A stretch of DNA of 64,000 nt from Lama guanicoe (taxonomy: Eukaryota), in NCBI GenBank assembly GCA_013239625.1, contig MU054220.1, positions 7,723,367-7,787,366 of the forward strand, given 5' to 3'. Below are positions 1 to 11,775 of this stretch, in pieces. The stretch's first letter is position 1; each line of letters opens with the position of its first letter. The notes beneath the pieces are model-generated. The model searched no databases. It saw only the letters and a program-made list of their open reading frames with translations, and was not told the DNA's origin. The position numbers were made by a program, and so were the translations under genes.

Positions 1-835
1 CAAAAGTACAATCAGCTATCATCTCACAAAGGTCAGGATGGCCATCATTAAAAAGTCTACAAATAACAAATGCTGGAGAGGGTGTGGAGAGAAGGGAGCC
101 CTCCTACACTGTTGGTGGGAATGTAAATTGATCCAGTTGCTATGGAAAACAGTATGGATGTCCTTTAAAAAACTAAAAACAGAGTTGCCACATGATCCAG
201 CAATCCCACTCCTGGGTGTATAACCAGAGAAAACTCAATTCAAAAAAAAAAAAAAGCACCCCAATGTTCATAGCAGAATTATGTACAATAGCTGAGACAT
301 GGAAGGAAACTAAATGTCCATTTGACAGATGAATGGATAAAAAAAGTTGTAGTATATATACACAACAGACACTATTCAGCCATAAAAAAAAAAGAATGAA
401 ATAATGCCACCTGCAGCAACAAGCATGGGCCTAGAGATTATAACTATAAGTGAAGTCAGTCAGAAACAAAAAGACAAATACGGCATGATATCACTTTCAT
501 GGGGATTCAAAAATATGACACAAATGAAGCTATTTACAAAACAGAAACACTCACAGACAGAAAACAAACTTATGGTTACCAAAGGGGAAGGGGGATTGAT
601 AAATTAGGAGTTTGGGATTAGCAGATACAAAGTACTATATCTAAAACGGACAAATGACAAGGTCTTAATTGTACAGCACAAGGAACTATATCCTGTAATA
701 AACCATAAGGAAAAGAAAATGAAAAAGAATACATATATATATATATAATTGAATCACTTTTCTGTACACCAGAAACTAACACAACATGTAAATTTCAATT
801 ATAGTAAATTTCAACTATATTTCAATCTAAAGAAA
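1..835 (+). mobile_element. LINE-1 3' end (degenerate ORF2 C-terminus plus 3' UTR), artiodactyl-type, cut by the window start
   Basis: ORF 38..223 ([40 protein letters not shown]...[12 protein letters not shown]) is the L1 ORF2 C-terminal cysteine-rich motif. It is followed by frameshifted ORF2 tail sequence and a typical L1 3' UTR ending in an A-rich tail near 830. Confidence 0.95.
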
Positions 836-2169
836 GACTGTTATTTTTAAATTATTTAATTCATCTATATATTTACCCATCAAATATGTACTGAATGCTC
901 ACTCTATAGACTATGAGAAGTAGTTTTCAGAGGAGTTAAGCTATATTCAATTCTTACTAAAAACTGTCTCAAAATTCTTCTAATTACTAGCTATATGATA
1001 TGTGCCAATTACTTAAATTCTGAGTATCTTTTTAAAATTTAAGCAATGGGGTTCCTTCTCTTGGGCTATTATGAGTGTTAAACTAGTTATTATGCAAACT
1101 GTATACAAAATTGCCAAATAGATATTTGTTCTTTTCCTGTCTGCTTCTCATGGTTTAAACTATGTATTTGTCACTTCTTTCTCTTGGATGTACATAGCAT
1201 CCCTTGTGAATATATTTGTCTGTATTAAAGTATATCTTTTATTTCCCATTATCTCCTATATCATTCTTTATCACATACATCCAGATATTCATCCCATTTA
1301 AGGGTAATTTAATGGCTTCTGATTGCTTGTAACCATAAACATGGTAACTTTTAAATTATGAAAAACTACTATCCAAAATGAAATATCACTGACATTAATA
1401 CATAGACTGATTTTTAAATGATAAATAATAAAGCATTTTTAAACATTTAAAGTGTAATTTTATTTAAGATGCATACATTTTTATGCAAACTTTTTGGAAC
1501 ACATATTTCATATACAGTGTATCTGCATATGAATTCAAAACTTAATCACAAATTCTAATTGCTTATAAATGTATCATGAGAGGTTTATGAATTAAATAAA
1601 ATGTAGAACATTTCTATTGAGCAGAAAAAGTCAACAGAATGTCTCTGTAAATGTCAGTTGGAAAATCAGTCTGATATAAAACAATATGGCTCCAGACAAA
1701 AATTTGTAATAAGATTAAAATCAAGGGTATAAGCCTTGAATTCATTAAACAATTCCTAGAAGTCTCAGGGTTTAGAAGGCTGGTTTAAAGAAATATTCAT
1801 CTGATTAGATTCCAGGTCATATAATAAATGTGACCTATTTGGATTCTGCAATCATTAGCGTTCCAACTCTTCACTTGTCATGATATCATGACTTTCTTAG
1901 CATTTCTTTAGTGTCTCTAATCTTTTATACTTAAATTTGTGAACAAATATTGTGTTACACCTTACTCTTCTAACAATGACTGATGGCATTCACAAAGACT
2001 TAATGCAGGTATGCCTTACTTTATGCAGAACTGGGTTTCTGACGAGCTGTACATAAATCACATCCTATTTGTTCATTGAACTGTAAAATAAATTCCAAGA
2101 GGCTTTATCATCATATGCAATTTATTCTCAGAGGGCTGTATTTCTTAAGACTTATTATGGAGATCTTCT

Positions 2170-2660
2170 TGTGTACCAAGCAGAGGTTTGGTCACAGTCA
2201 CCAGAAATCAATTCTGACTTATTTCAGCAAAAAAATAAGTTTATTATTATAAAGATATTGGTTATTGTCAAGTAATGCAGAAGGCTGAAAAACCAGGCTC
2301 GGATGAGCAGGAATGAAGAAAACTAGAGAGCAGCTAGGCTCAGAGAGAACGTGACAGCCCAGATCTAGTCCATCAAGGTGGCCACTGGCATAAATTTCTC
2401 CTGATTGCCCTGCGAAATGGATGTTTCTGCTTCTGGGCCAGCTGCCCTTATTCCTTGCTTCAATAGCTTGTGATTCAGTTTGGGGTAGGTCAAGAATTAA
2501 TCAAATGCATATATCTTAGGGACAATAAACGTTTAGGAAAATAATGTCTGGCATTTGGGGCTTCTATAGTAGAAGACGTTTTTTTTGCTGCCTCCTAACA
2601 ACATTCTTTCGATAGGATAATTCCAAATGGACTAAGGGCGTTCAGGTCCTGGCAACTATG
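2170..2660 (-). mobile_element. Old MaLR LTR (MLT1K/L-like); the part from 2234 onward is repeated at 4291-4715
   Basis: The segment 'ccagaaatcaattctgacttatttcagcaaaaaaataagtttatt...aaagatattgg' resembles an MLT1 terminus. It is heavily diverged. Confidence 0.55.
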
Positions 2661-4290
2661 AATGCTATTCATGTTATCTTGTTCCCAGCATCTGAGATTA
2701 GCAATGAATGATTGATAAGTTAATACATGCCGCAAGAGAGCGTGATAAAATGAAACCTGCCATTGCTATTACTCGAAAACTTATTTTCATGTGAAAAATC
2801 TTATTTTTAATTCTTGTTTTGACATTTTTTCCTATTTTTCATTTAATGATAATTATTTCCATACTCTTTAATATCAATGCTATGATGTTCTGTTCTGTTC
2901 TGACCCCTTGTCAGTCTGTTAAGCTGACCACCTACCCACATGTACATCCAGATAATTTACACTCATATCCTATTGATTGCCCCATAATTCCTGTCTCTGC
3001 TCAACCATGTGGTTCCAGTGACATTTGTAGTCTGGTTTGCATGATCCGCTCTCCCGCCACCACAGACTGATACTAACCACTCTCTCTCTCCTTCCTGTCT
3101 CTCTCCTCCCACCGCAGTGCCTTGCATCTACAAAAGAATCTATTCCTCCTCTACTCTTCCCACGTTGGCAGTTACACAGCACACTTGGAGGTCTACCTTT
3201 TTCCAGTTGTCTGTCTTTCTAGTGACAAAGTCTATGAGGTTGGCTGGCTTATGCTTCATGGAATCTGCTTTGCAGAATTCACTCCTCTCAGAGGTAGGCT
3301 AAAGGCAAAATTCAGTATGGAGGGAGCTTCCCAGAATGCTTTAGGTCTCACTGCTGTTCCCTAATCCATCCTTTTAAGGAAGCCCTTCACTTTCAAGAAC
3401 ATTATGGCTCCAGTGGTAAAGCTTACTGCTTGAGCCCCATCAGGCTCTTTGAATCTATCTTCTAATGGCTAAAGTTTAGAACCCTTTAGATAGAGGGTTA
3501 ATAAACTGGTATTCCTCACAACACAACAATATTAGAGGGGAAATTTTATTATCAGTTTAATATAGACCCACATATATTCAGCATTTCATCCTGTGTTGTA
3601 ATGTGTTCTCCATTGGGAATCATATATTCTCTAACCAACAAGAGAAGAAAAAAGATCTTTATCCATATTTTATATATAAGAATAAAAAAGGTATATATTT
3701 TACTCACTCATCAGTGATTTTTTTTTCTGAACAACTATATTAACAGGTCTTTTGTGTAGTGCTAGGAAGCAGATAAAACACATACCCCTGCCTTCAGTGT
3801 GTTTAGGAGAGCAGCTTGTCAATTTTGATCAGAGATTTTTCTTTTTAATCAGTTTTTGTTTTTATTTTTGTTTTTAGAATACTGGAAGATTGTATTATAC
3901 TCAGTAGTTGTGAAAATGTCTACTTGCGATAACAAGTGTCTCTCTATGGGTACAAGGCACTGAATGGTCTTTTAAAATACGTTGTATTGAAAGAAATGAC
4001 TGGTAGACATTTGGATTGTGTCTTTTGTCTAGAATGAACTAGATGTATGCCATTGCACAAATCATTTAAACTTTACAAGCTTTGGTATTCTCATCTATAA
4101 AATGGGTGTAAACTTTGTTACGCAGCTGGACTAAGCAAGCACGTGTCACCTGAATATCACTGAAGGCTCTGGTGCTGTGTGAGATAACATGGGGGAGTGG
4201 AGGGTGGCTCCCTGAGCTCTGCATTCTCAGCGAGATGATGTCATCTTCACTGGGGGTAAATACTGGTTGTTGAGGGTAAAAAAAAAAAAC
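2234..4290. repeat. Tandem duplication A, copy 1 (~2057 bp)
   Basis: Matches 4291-6346 almost base for base, from 'aataagtttatta..taaagatattgg' to 'ggttgttgagggtaaaaaaaaaaaac'. The ORF track is duplicated (3117 vs 5173). Confidence 0.98.
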
Positions 4291-6346
4291 AATAAGTTTA
4301 TTATAAAGATATTGGTTATTGTCAAGAAATGCAGAAGGCTGAAAAACCAGGCTCGGATGAGCAGGAATGAAGAAAACTAGTGAGCAGCTAGGCTCAGAGA
4401 GAACGTGACAGCCCAGACCTAGTCCATCAAGGTGGCCACTGGCATAAATTTCTCCTGATTGCCCTGCAAAATGGATGTTTCTGCTTCTGGGCCAGCTGCC
4501 CTTATTCCTTGCTTCAATAGCTTGTGATTCAGTTTGGGGTAGGTCAAGAATTAATCAAATGCATATATCTTAGGGACAATAAACGTTTAGGAAAATAATG
4601 TCTGGCATTTGGGGCTTCTATAGTAGAAGACTTTTTTTTTGCTGCCTCCTAACAACATTCTTTCGATAGGATAATTCCAAATGGACTAAGGGCGTTCAGG
4701 TCCTGGCAACTATGAATGCTGTTCATGTTATCTTGTTCCCAGCATCTGAGATTAGCAATGAATGATTGATAAGTTAATACATGCCGCAAGAGAGCATGAT
4801 AAAATGAAACCTGCCATTGCTATTACTCGAAAACTTATTTTCATGTGAATAATCTTGTTTTTAATTCTTGTTTTGACATTTTTTCCTATTTTTCATTTAA
4901 TGATAATTATTTCCATACTCTTTAATATCAATGCTATGATGTTCTGTTCTGTTCTGACCCCTTGTCAGACTGTTAAGCTGACCACCTACCCACATGTACA
5001 TCCAGATAATTTACACTCATATCCTATTGACTGCCCCATAATTCCTGTCTCTGCTCAACCATGTGGTTCCAGTGACATTTGTAGTCTGGTTTGCATGATC
5101 CGCTCTCCCGCCACCACAGACTGATACTAACCACTCTCTCTCTCTCCTTCCTGTCTCTCTCCTCCCACCGCAGTGCCTTGCATCTACAAAAGAATCTATT
5201 CCTCCTCTACTCTTCCCACGTTGGCAGTTACACAGCACACTTGGAGGTCTACCTTTTTCCAGTTGTCTGTCTTTCTAGTGACAAAGTCTATGAGGTTGGC
5301 TGGCTTATGCTTCATGGAATCTGCTTTGCAGAATTCACTCCTCTCAGAGGTAGGCTAAAGGCAAAATTCAGTATGGAGGGAGCTTCCCAGAATGCTTTAG
5401 GTCTCACTGCTGTTCCCTAATCCATCCTTTTAAGGAAGCCCTTCACTTTCAAGAACATTATGGCTCCAGTGGTAAAGCTTACTGCTTGAGCCCCATTAGG
5501 CTCTTTGAATCTTTCTTCTAATGGCTAAAGTTTAGAACCCTTTAGGTAGAGGGTTAATAAACTGGTATTCCTCACAACACAACAATATTAGAGGGGAAAT
5601 TTTATTATCAGTTTAATATAGACCCACATATATTCAGCATTTCATCCTGTGTTGTAATGTGTTCTCCATTGGGAATCATATATTCTCTAACCAACAAGAG
5701 AAGAAAAAAGATCTTTATCCATATTTTATATATAAGAATAAAAAAGGTATATATTTTACTCACTCATCAGTGATTTTTTTTTCTGAACAACTATATTAAC
5801 AGGTCTTTTGTGTAGTGCTAGGAAGCTGATAAAACACATACCCCTGCCTTCAGTGTGTTTAGGAGAGCAGCTTGTCAATTTTGATCAGAGATTTTTCTTT
5901 TTAATCAGTTTTTGTTTTTATTTTTGTTTTTAGAATACTGGAAGATTGTATTATACTCAGTAGTTGTGAAAATGTCTACTTGCGATAACAAGTGTCTCTC
6001 TATGGGTACAAGGCACTGAATGGTCTTTTAAAATACGTTGTATTGAAAGAAATGACTGGTAGACATTTGGATTGTGTCTTTTGTCTAGAATGAACTAGAT
6101 GTATGCCATTGCACAAATCATTTAAACTTTATAAGCTTTGGTATTCTCATCTATAAAATGGGTGTAAACTTTATTACGCAGCTGGACTAAGCAAGCACGT
6201 GTCACCTGAATATCACTGAAGGCTCTGGTGCTGTGTGAGATAACATGGGGGAGTGGAGGGTGGCTCCCTGAGCTCTGCATTCTCAGTGAGATGATGTCAT
6301 CTTCACTGGGGGTAAATATTGGTTGTTGAGGGTAAAAAAAAAAAAC
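4291..6346. repeat. Tandem duplication A, copy 2 (~2056 bp)
   Basis: Direct head-to-tail copy of 2234-4290 with about 19 substitutions, a 3-bp TTA indel and a 2-bp CT indel (counted by eye). Confidence 0.98.
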
Positions 6347-6503
6347 CACATTTTATGATAATGCACAAACAGACATCTTGTGTATAAAACATATATGGAT
6401 AGCATATCTGTGGTGTAAGGATTTTGTAGGGGAGCTAATTAAGAAAACAATGTTATAAAAAACTTGTTATCAGGGGTGATAAATAAGTGTTCAGAAACAC
6501 TGA
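6272..6503. mobile_element. hAT-Charlie-type non-autonomous DNA transposon (MER112-like)
   Basis: Starts 'ctgcattctcag..gatgtcatc..ggggtaaatattggttgttgaggg' and ends 'gttcagaaacactg', a hAT-type TIR. Its 5' ~70 bp is also present at 4216-4290 through duplication A. Confidence 0.55.
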
Positions 6504-6519
6504 CCGAGGCTAACTTCTA

Positions 6520-6715
6520 GTTTCCTGCCCTGAATACCTGTAAAACCATGGAAACATTACGTCTTCTCCTGGGTTCCTTGTCTAATGTTTGTGAAGTCAC
6601 ATATAATCAAAACTTTCTTTCCTACTTCACAGGGTTTTGGTGAAGATCAAATGAAACAATGTGTGAATATTCTGAAGTGTACAAACTGCTAGGAATTATT
6701 AGGTGTTATTATTGA
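6520..6715 (+). mobile_element. MIR SINE remnant
   Basis: 'cctacttcacagggttttggtgaagatcaaatgaaacaatgtgtgaa' matches the MIR core/3' region. Confidence 0.7.
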
Positions 6716-7279
6716 CACTGCTGTAATGGCTAAGAATAAAATACAGTTATGAAAGAAAAAAAAAGTATTACTACTTGGGATAGTTCAATTTCCATTTTGC
6801 AGTGAAAACTCATTTACCCAAGGAGGTGATGACAGTGACAACTTCGAAATGTGCTTCTTCTACTTGAGGGATTTAGGTATATTACTAAACGCATTTTAAA
6901 AGAAGGTTGCCTGTTTCTCAACTTGGGCAAAGAGTAAAGGAAGTAACTTTTCTTCCCACAGGAAGGTCAGGTTTTACCTCTCCAGCCCTGTGCCCGACCC
7001 TCCACTCCCCAAACCACACATTCGCCTGGAACTACGAGATGTTCTCTAGAATCGCTCCATCACCTGTCTCCTTTCTTCTCCATCCCAGTGAATCTTATTT
7101 AATTTGTTTTAATTGGCTTATTCATCATTTAAAACTATATATTGGGAGACCAATGATTAGCTGGATGCCCTCCTGGACACTGGACATACAATAGTAGACA
7201 GAACAGACAGAATTCCTAAGAGTACGGCGCTGACAATTTAGTACCTCACCTTAGCCCAGTGCTCCTTGAAGACAGCTAC

Positions 7280-7680
7280 AGTTAAGAAATCCCCCCGGTC
7301 TTCTGTGTCCTGGAAAAGGTTTACAGTCCTTTCCTGTGTGACTTAACATCAGATTCACAGATAACCCTCTTTGTTTACCTAAGACAAGGCCAGACACAAG
7401 CCCTCAGCATTCCCATCCTTTATTTCATATGTTAGTTGAGGCGCTGGTACCCACTGACCCAACTGGACAAAACACCTGTCATCTATTGACTTAACCTAAC
7501 CCTCAAGCTTCTCTCCTCCCCCAAGCCCCTGAACTAAGGCCACCCCCACAGCCCAAGCCGGCATGCAAGCCCTCCTTAAGAGCCTTCCTCAGAATAAACT
7601 CAAGGCAAAGAGTCTCTGATCTACTGTCCTATCAAACGGCCCTTTCCTCCCACTGGCCGGTATCCAGCGCTTTCTGGAAG
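7280..7680 (+). mobile_element. Old ERV1-class LTR fragment (MER92/MER67-like)
   Basis: 'gacaaggccagacacaagccctc..ttcccatcc' and 'aagcttctctcctcccccaagcccctgaact' resemble this LTR family. The 3' end appears to be missing. Confidence 0.55.
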
Positions 7681-9639
7681 ATCACTTTAGGCATAATCAG
7701 CAATTAACTGCTTGCTGTTGTGCTGACCCCCACTTTACAGCTACCTAAAAACTTTAAGGTGGTAAGACAGAGTGAAAACAAGGGCTGATTTTCAATGTGG
7801 AGGCTACAAATTGCCATTTACACATAAAATCTATATTTGTTCTGAAGCCAGCGGGAGTGAAGAAGGAAAATTGATATGGCAGGAATGAAACTACAGAAGG
7901 GTGACATTTTCAGTAATCATTTGCAGCAAAAGAGTCATAGTTTGGGTCTGCTTCTTAGTTTTTTTCTTTTTTCAATTTTTTGGAGTTGTTTTTTTTTTTA
8001 ACCCCAAAGAAAATGAATATAAATCAACATTTACAAAGACAGGGAATGCTTTCATACTTCACCTATCTATACATTTTTAAGATCAGCATGATGCAGTTAG
8101 CTATTGGATACAGACTAAATGAGAGACACAGAAACTGCATAGTACATAATTCCTTTTCCTTAAATGGAGGTAAGAATTGAGGTTTTACCGCTTTTCACTG
8201 AGTTACATGTGTTTCCCTGGACCTCTCTTTCATTCTGAATCTCAGTTCCCTTCAACATGAAAAATGGAGTGGCAGCAATAAAACTTTTTGTTTTTTTCCT
8301 TTTTGAGATTTGCAAAACATCTGAGAATAAGAAACCATCTGCTAGTATCATATAAAGAGGCCAAAAGGGCTGGGCCGAAGAGAAAGAGTCTGGCGTCACG
8401 GCCACATCAGTTGGCCCGGGTCTCTGCCAGGCCCCTGCCCCAGAGGCGGGGAGAACCTGGGGACACCGATTCTGGCGAGCATTTTGCCAGCAGGCTGGTG
8501 TTCTCCAGGACAAGAAGGCACAGCGGCAGGGACGAGGGGTGGTACAGCAGGTTGTGAAATGAGATACGGGCTTATGTCGGAGTCATTAAGCTTTTCTGAT
8601 AAATGGACTGCAAATTAATTGGTGGTTCCACTAATTAATTTATTTGACTTGCTGAAATGCTTGGGCCTGGCAATGGCTGCTGGAGGAGCAGAATGATACT
8701 TCCACACAGAGAGTATTCTATTTCCTGGCCCCCGCCTCTCCATGAAGAGCTTGAATTTAGGCTTCCTCATAGGTGGAGATTTTCAGAACGCGTCAGCAAT
8801 GAAAATATCAAATGATGCAAAATACTTGTTTTGGTCTAGAAATATCTGAGTAGTGATTTTTGGAATCAGAAGAGCAATCAGAATGCTGGTCCTCATAGGT
8901 TTCTATTGGTTGCCGTGTGCAGTGCCCGAAATGCCATCAACAGGCTGAGGTAGGATTTTTGTCATTGTTCCAGTAGGTTAAATATGTATCTCTGGCCCAA
9001 CAGGGAAGGGCCATCCAGATGGCAGGATCAGGAGAAGAATGGAGGTAAACATGCTTGCTCATTTGCTTCAGAAATGACTTCTGACATAAACACACACACA
9101 TATATATACGTGTCAACGTATCTACATAAATATGCACATGCATCTACATATGAGTTGATATCTACATACATGTAGGTATATACATGTATGCATGTATGTT
9201 CATACATGTGTCTATATCTTTGTTCTCTTTAAAAATGAGAATACTTTCTTAAGAGACAAATAATGGTTCAATTCGTGTCAATGTGTCTCACTGGATTGTT
9301 ACAGTATAAGGAAGAATAAAAAGTGCCTAAATGTTAAAACATAACCAAGAATCTGCTACATATACTTGCTTAAAATAATTGTACTTTCAGGATACAATTT
9401 AAAATGTATTTTCTACTTTTTTTCTCTTTTTTTTTGTCTTTATAATTTGACTAAAGAGAAAAAGATATTTCCACAAAAATATCTATTGCCAGAAATATAA
9501 GGTGGCATGGGAAGTCCTGAAAGCCCGACTTCCACAGACAAAACCACAATGAACATGTTTTATTTATGAAATTGCAACTTACATATTATTATACACATAT
9601 GTCATATATGTATTATTTATTTGTTACATAGTCTGCTTT

Positions 9640-9910
9640 TCTTTTTGTTCACCTAGTATGTTTATCCATCTTCCTATCAGTTCATTGATTAATCTTTCCT
9701 TTTAATGGTTTTATAAGCCTCCATTTTATAGATGACCATACAATTTTTAATTTGAACCTATCAATGGTGATTTCTAAATTTTTACTGTTAACCAATCATT
9801 TTTCATTGATAATCTTAGTACAATAACAGTTTTATATATGTGTGTGCCATTTCTGTTGAATAAATTGCTAGAAGTGGAATGTCTGGCCAAAATATATGCA
9901 AATAATTAAT
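9640..9910 (-). mobile_element. Old L1 (L1ME-like) 3' region remnant
   Basis: 'ccattttatagatgaccatacaattt' and 'ataaattgctagaagtggaatgtctggccaaaa' are antisense L1 3' motifs. Confidence 0.6.
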
Positions 9911-11069
9911 TTGTAGGTTGAGTAAACAACAAATGGCTTCATTTGCCTAAGTAAAAAAGAAAAGCAGAAGTAATAAGGCAATAGTGGTTGAAATAGAGAA
10001 AAATAATGTTTTGTAATAAAACTTGTATCTCTCATCCAACTTTTATGTATAAATTCTTATTTTATTACTTGTGATTAGATTTCCCTGAATACTGACCTCT
10101 CTTAAGGACTCGTGTTAAATTATACCATTATCTATTGAATGCTTTAGAACAAATTAGGCATCATTATTTGAATATAAATGTATTATATGTGCTATAGAGG
10201 ATCAAAGAGTTAAGCTTTAAGTAAAGATTTTAAATAATTATTAGGTACACAAATGGGAAGATTAGGAAATTAAAATATATTCTCAACACCTGAATTCTTC
10301 TAGCCTTGTAGAAGAACTGACAATTATTCCAGAAAAAAATAAATGGACACAGAAGCATACATTTATGTCTTAAGATGAGTATCCAGTCCAGCACTCTCTT
10401 ATCTGTGCACAGAAGTGTTCTTTTCAGGCCATTCTAAACTTTGTAGTAAAATATTAAAATATTCAAAAATCGTATCAGTAACATGCAGCCTAGTGAATTT
10501 TTTTTGTTATGTTCAAGATCAGTACAATCAGAGATTAGCTTAACGTCATGTATTTGATAGAAAAAGAGCCTTTCTGTGTCTTTGCTCTTTGTCTTTCCTT
10601 TATTCTCTATAGCTAGTGCCTAGGCACCCGCCACCACAAACTAAATTGACTAATTATTCACAACTCAGGAGGCATGTATGAGTTTCAGAAGGTTTGCAAG
10701 TTGACTGCTTTAATCCCTAATCAAAGGCAGCTGGATGAAGTTATCCTAGGGGACATTAACTCCTAAATTTACCAAAGTAGCACCTGGGGACTTAGCCAGT
10801 TAGCCTCCACATTTTTCAAGCAGGACATTGTTTTGAATCTCATCTGTTATTTCAAGATCTAAAGCTCTACGCCTTTGTGCTGAAAGTTGGTAAATGTGAG
10901 AGAATATCTTGTTCATGGCTTGTTACTGAAATTCCAGTGTATGGTTCCCCATAAAGGAAATACTCGCCTCCTAGGGACTCTTGTTACACAGCTAACAGTT
11001 CTGCTTACCCGACACAGCTCTTTAATTCCATGCTCAAAAAACCTTTTAATAGGAAATACTGTAATGTTT

Positions 11070-11190
11070 TAGTGACTTTGAAATCATACAGATCCAAGTT
11101 CAAATTCAGTTCTGTGAATCATTAATGATGCAACCTTGGACAAATTATTCTAACCTCTTTGTGCTTCAGTTTCCTTATTTATAAACATTT
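11070..11190 (+). mobile_element. MIR SINE remnant
   Basis: 'gactttgaaatcatacagatccaagttcaaattcagttctg...accttggacaaattattctaacctctttgtgcttcagtttccttatttataaa' is the MIR core. Confidence 0.85.
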
Positions 11191-11589
11191 GTGCTTGGGG
11201 CTGAGAAATAAACTGAAGGAAAACGAAATCACTCTTTTCAATATTACACATAAATAATCATCTTTTTGATTTGGAAATTGAGTTCAAACAATAAATCTGC
11301 ATAAAGTAATTTATCCACTTCTATTAAGAAATAATGTTAAATTGTTTTATCTGAGTTGTAATTTGCAATAAACCCAATGTATCTTTGGATGAATGATTTT
11401 AATTACACAAAACGTCAAATTCTTCAGTTTCAGTATTTTAGAAGAAATACACAAATTTGAATACTACTCTATCCAACAGTCTTTCTGAATTTGACTCTAA
11501 TTAATATTATTAGAATTCCCTATTTATCAGGCTTAACACAATGCCTTTGCATATAATGAAATCTGCTAACATTATGCTTATATTTTTTA

Positions 11590-11775
11590 AGCAGACACTC
11601 TATGTGCTTTATATTTATAACTCACTTTATGAGGTTAGCTACCATTACTATTCCGATTTTCTAGATGAGAAAATTGAGGAACAAGTAGGTTTTGAAACTT
11701 ACCCCAATTTACAGTTAGTACATGTCGGAGTCACAGTTTGTTCACTGGTGGATTAGCTCCCTAGCGCACATTCTT
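11590..11775 (-). mobile_element. MIR SINE remnant
   Basis: 'tatgaggttag..attactattccgattttctagatgagaaaattgagg' is the antisense MIR core. Confidence 0.8.

Noticed and set aside
2819..5420. Paired near-identical ORFs suggesting a duplicated gene
   Set aside because: By-product of tandem duplication A. A 2-bp indel changes the frames between copies and there is no coding signature.
8160..8557. 117-aa and 89-aa ORFs, or a CpG-island promoter
   Set aside because: No recognisable protein, and the CpG enrichment is too short and weak for an island. Kept only as an enhancer candidate.
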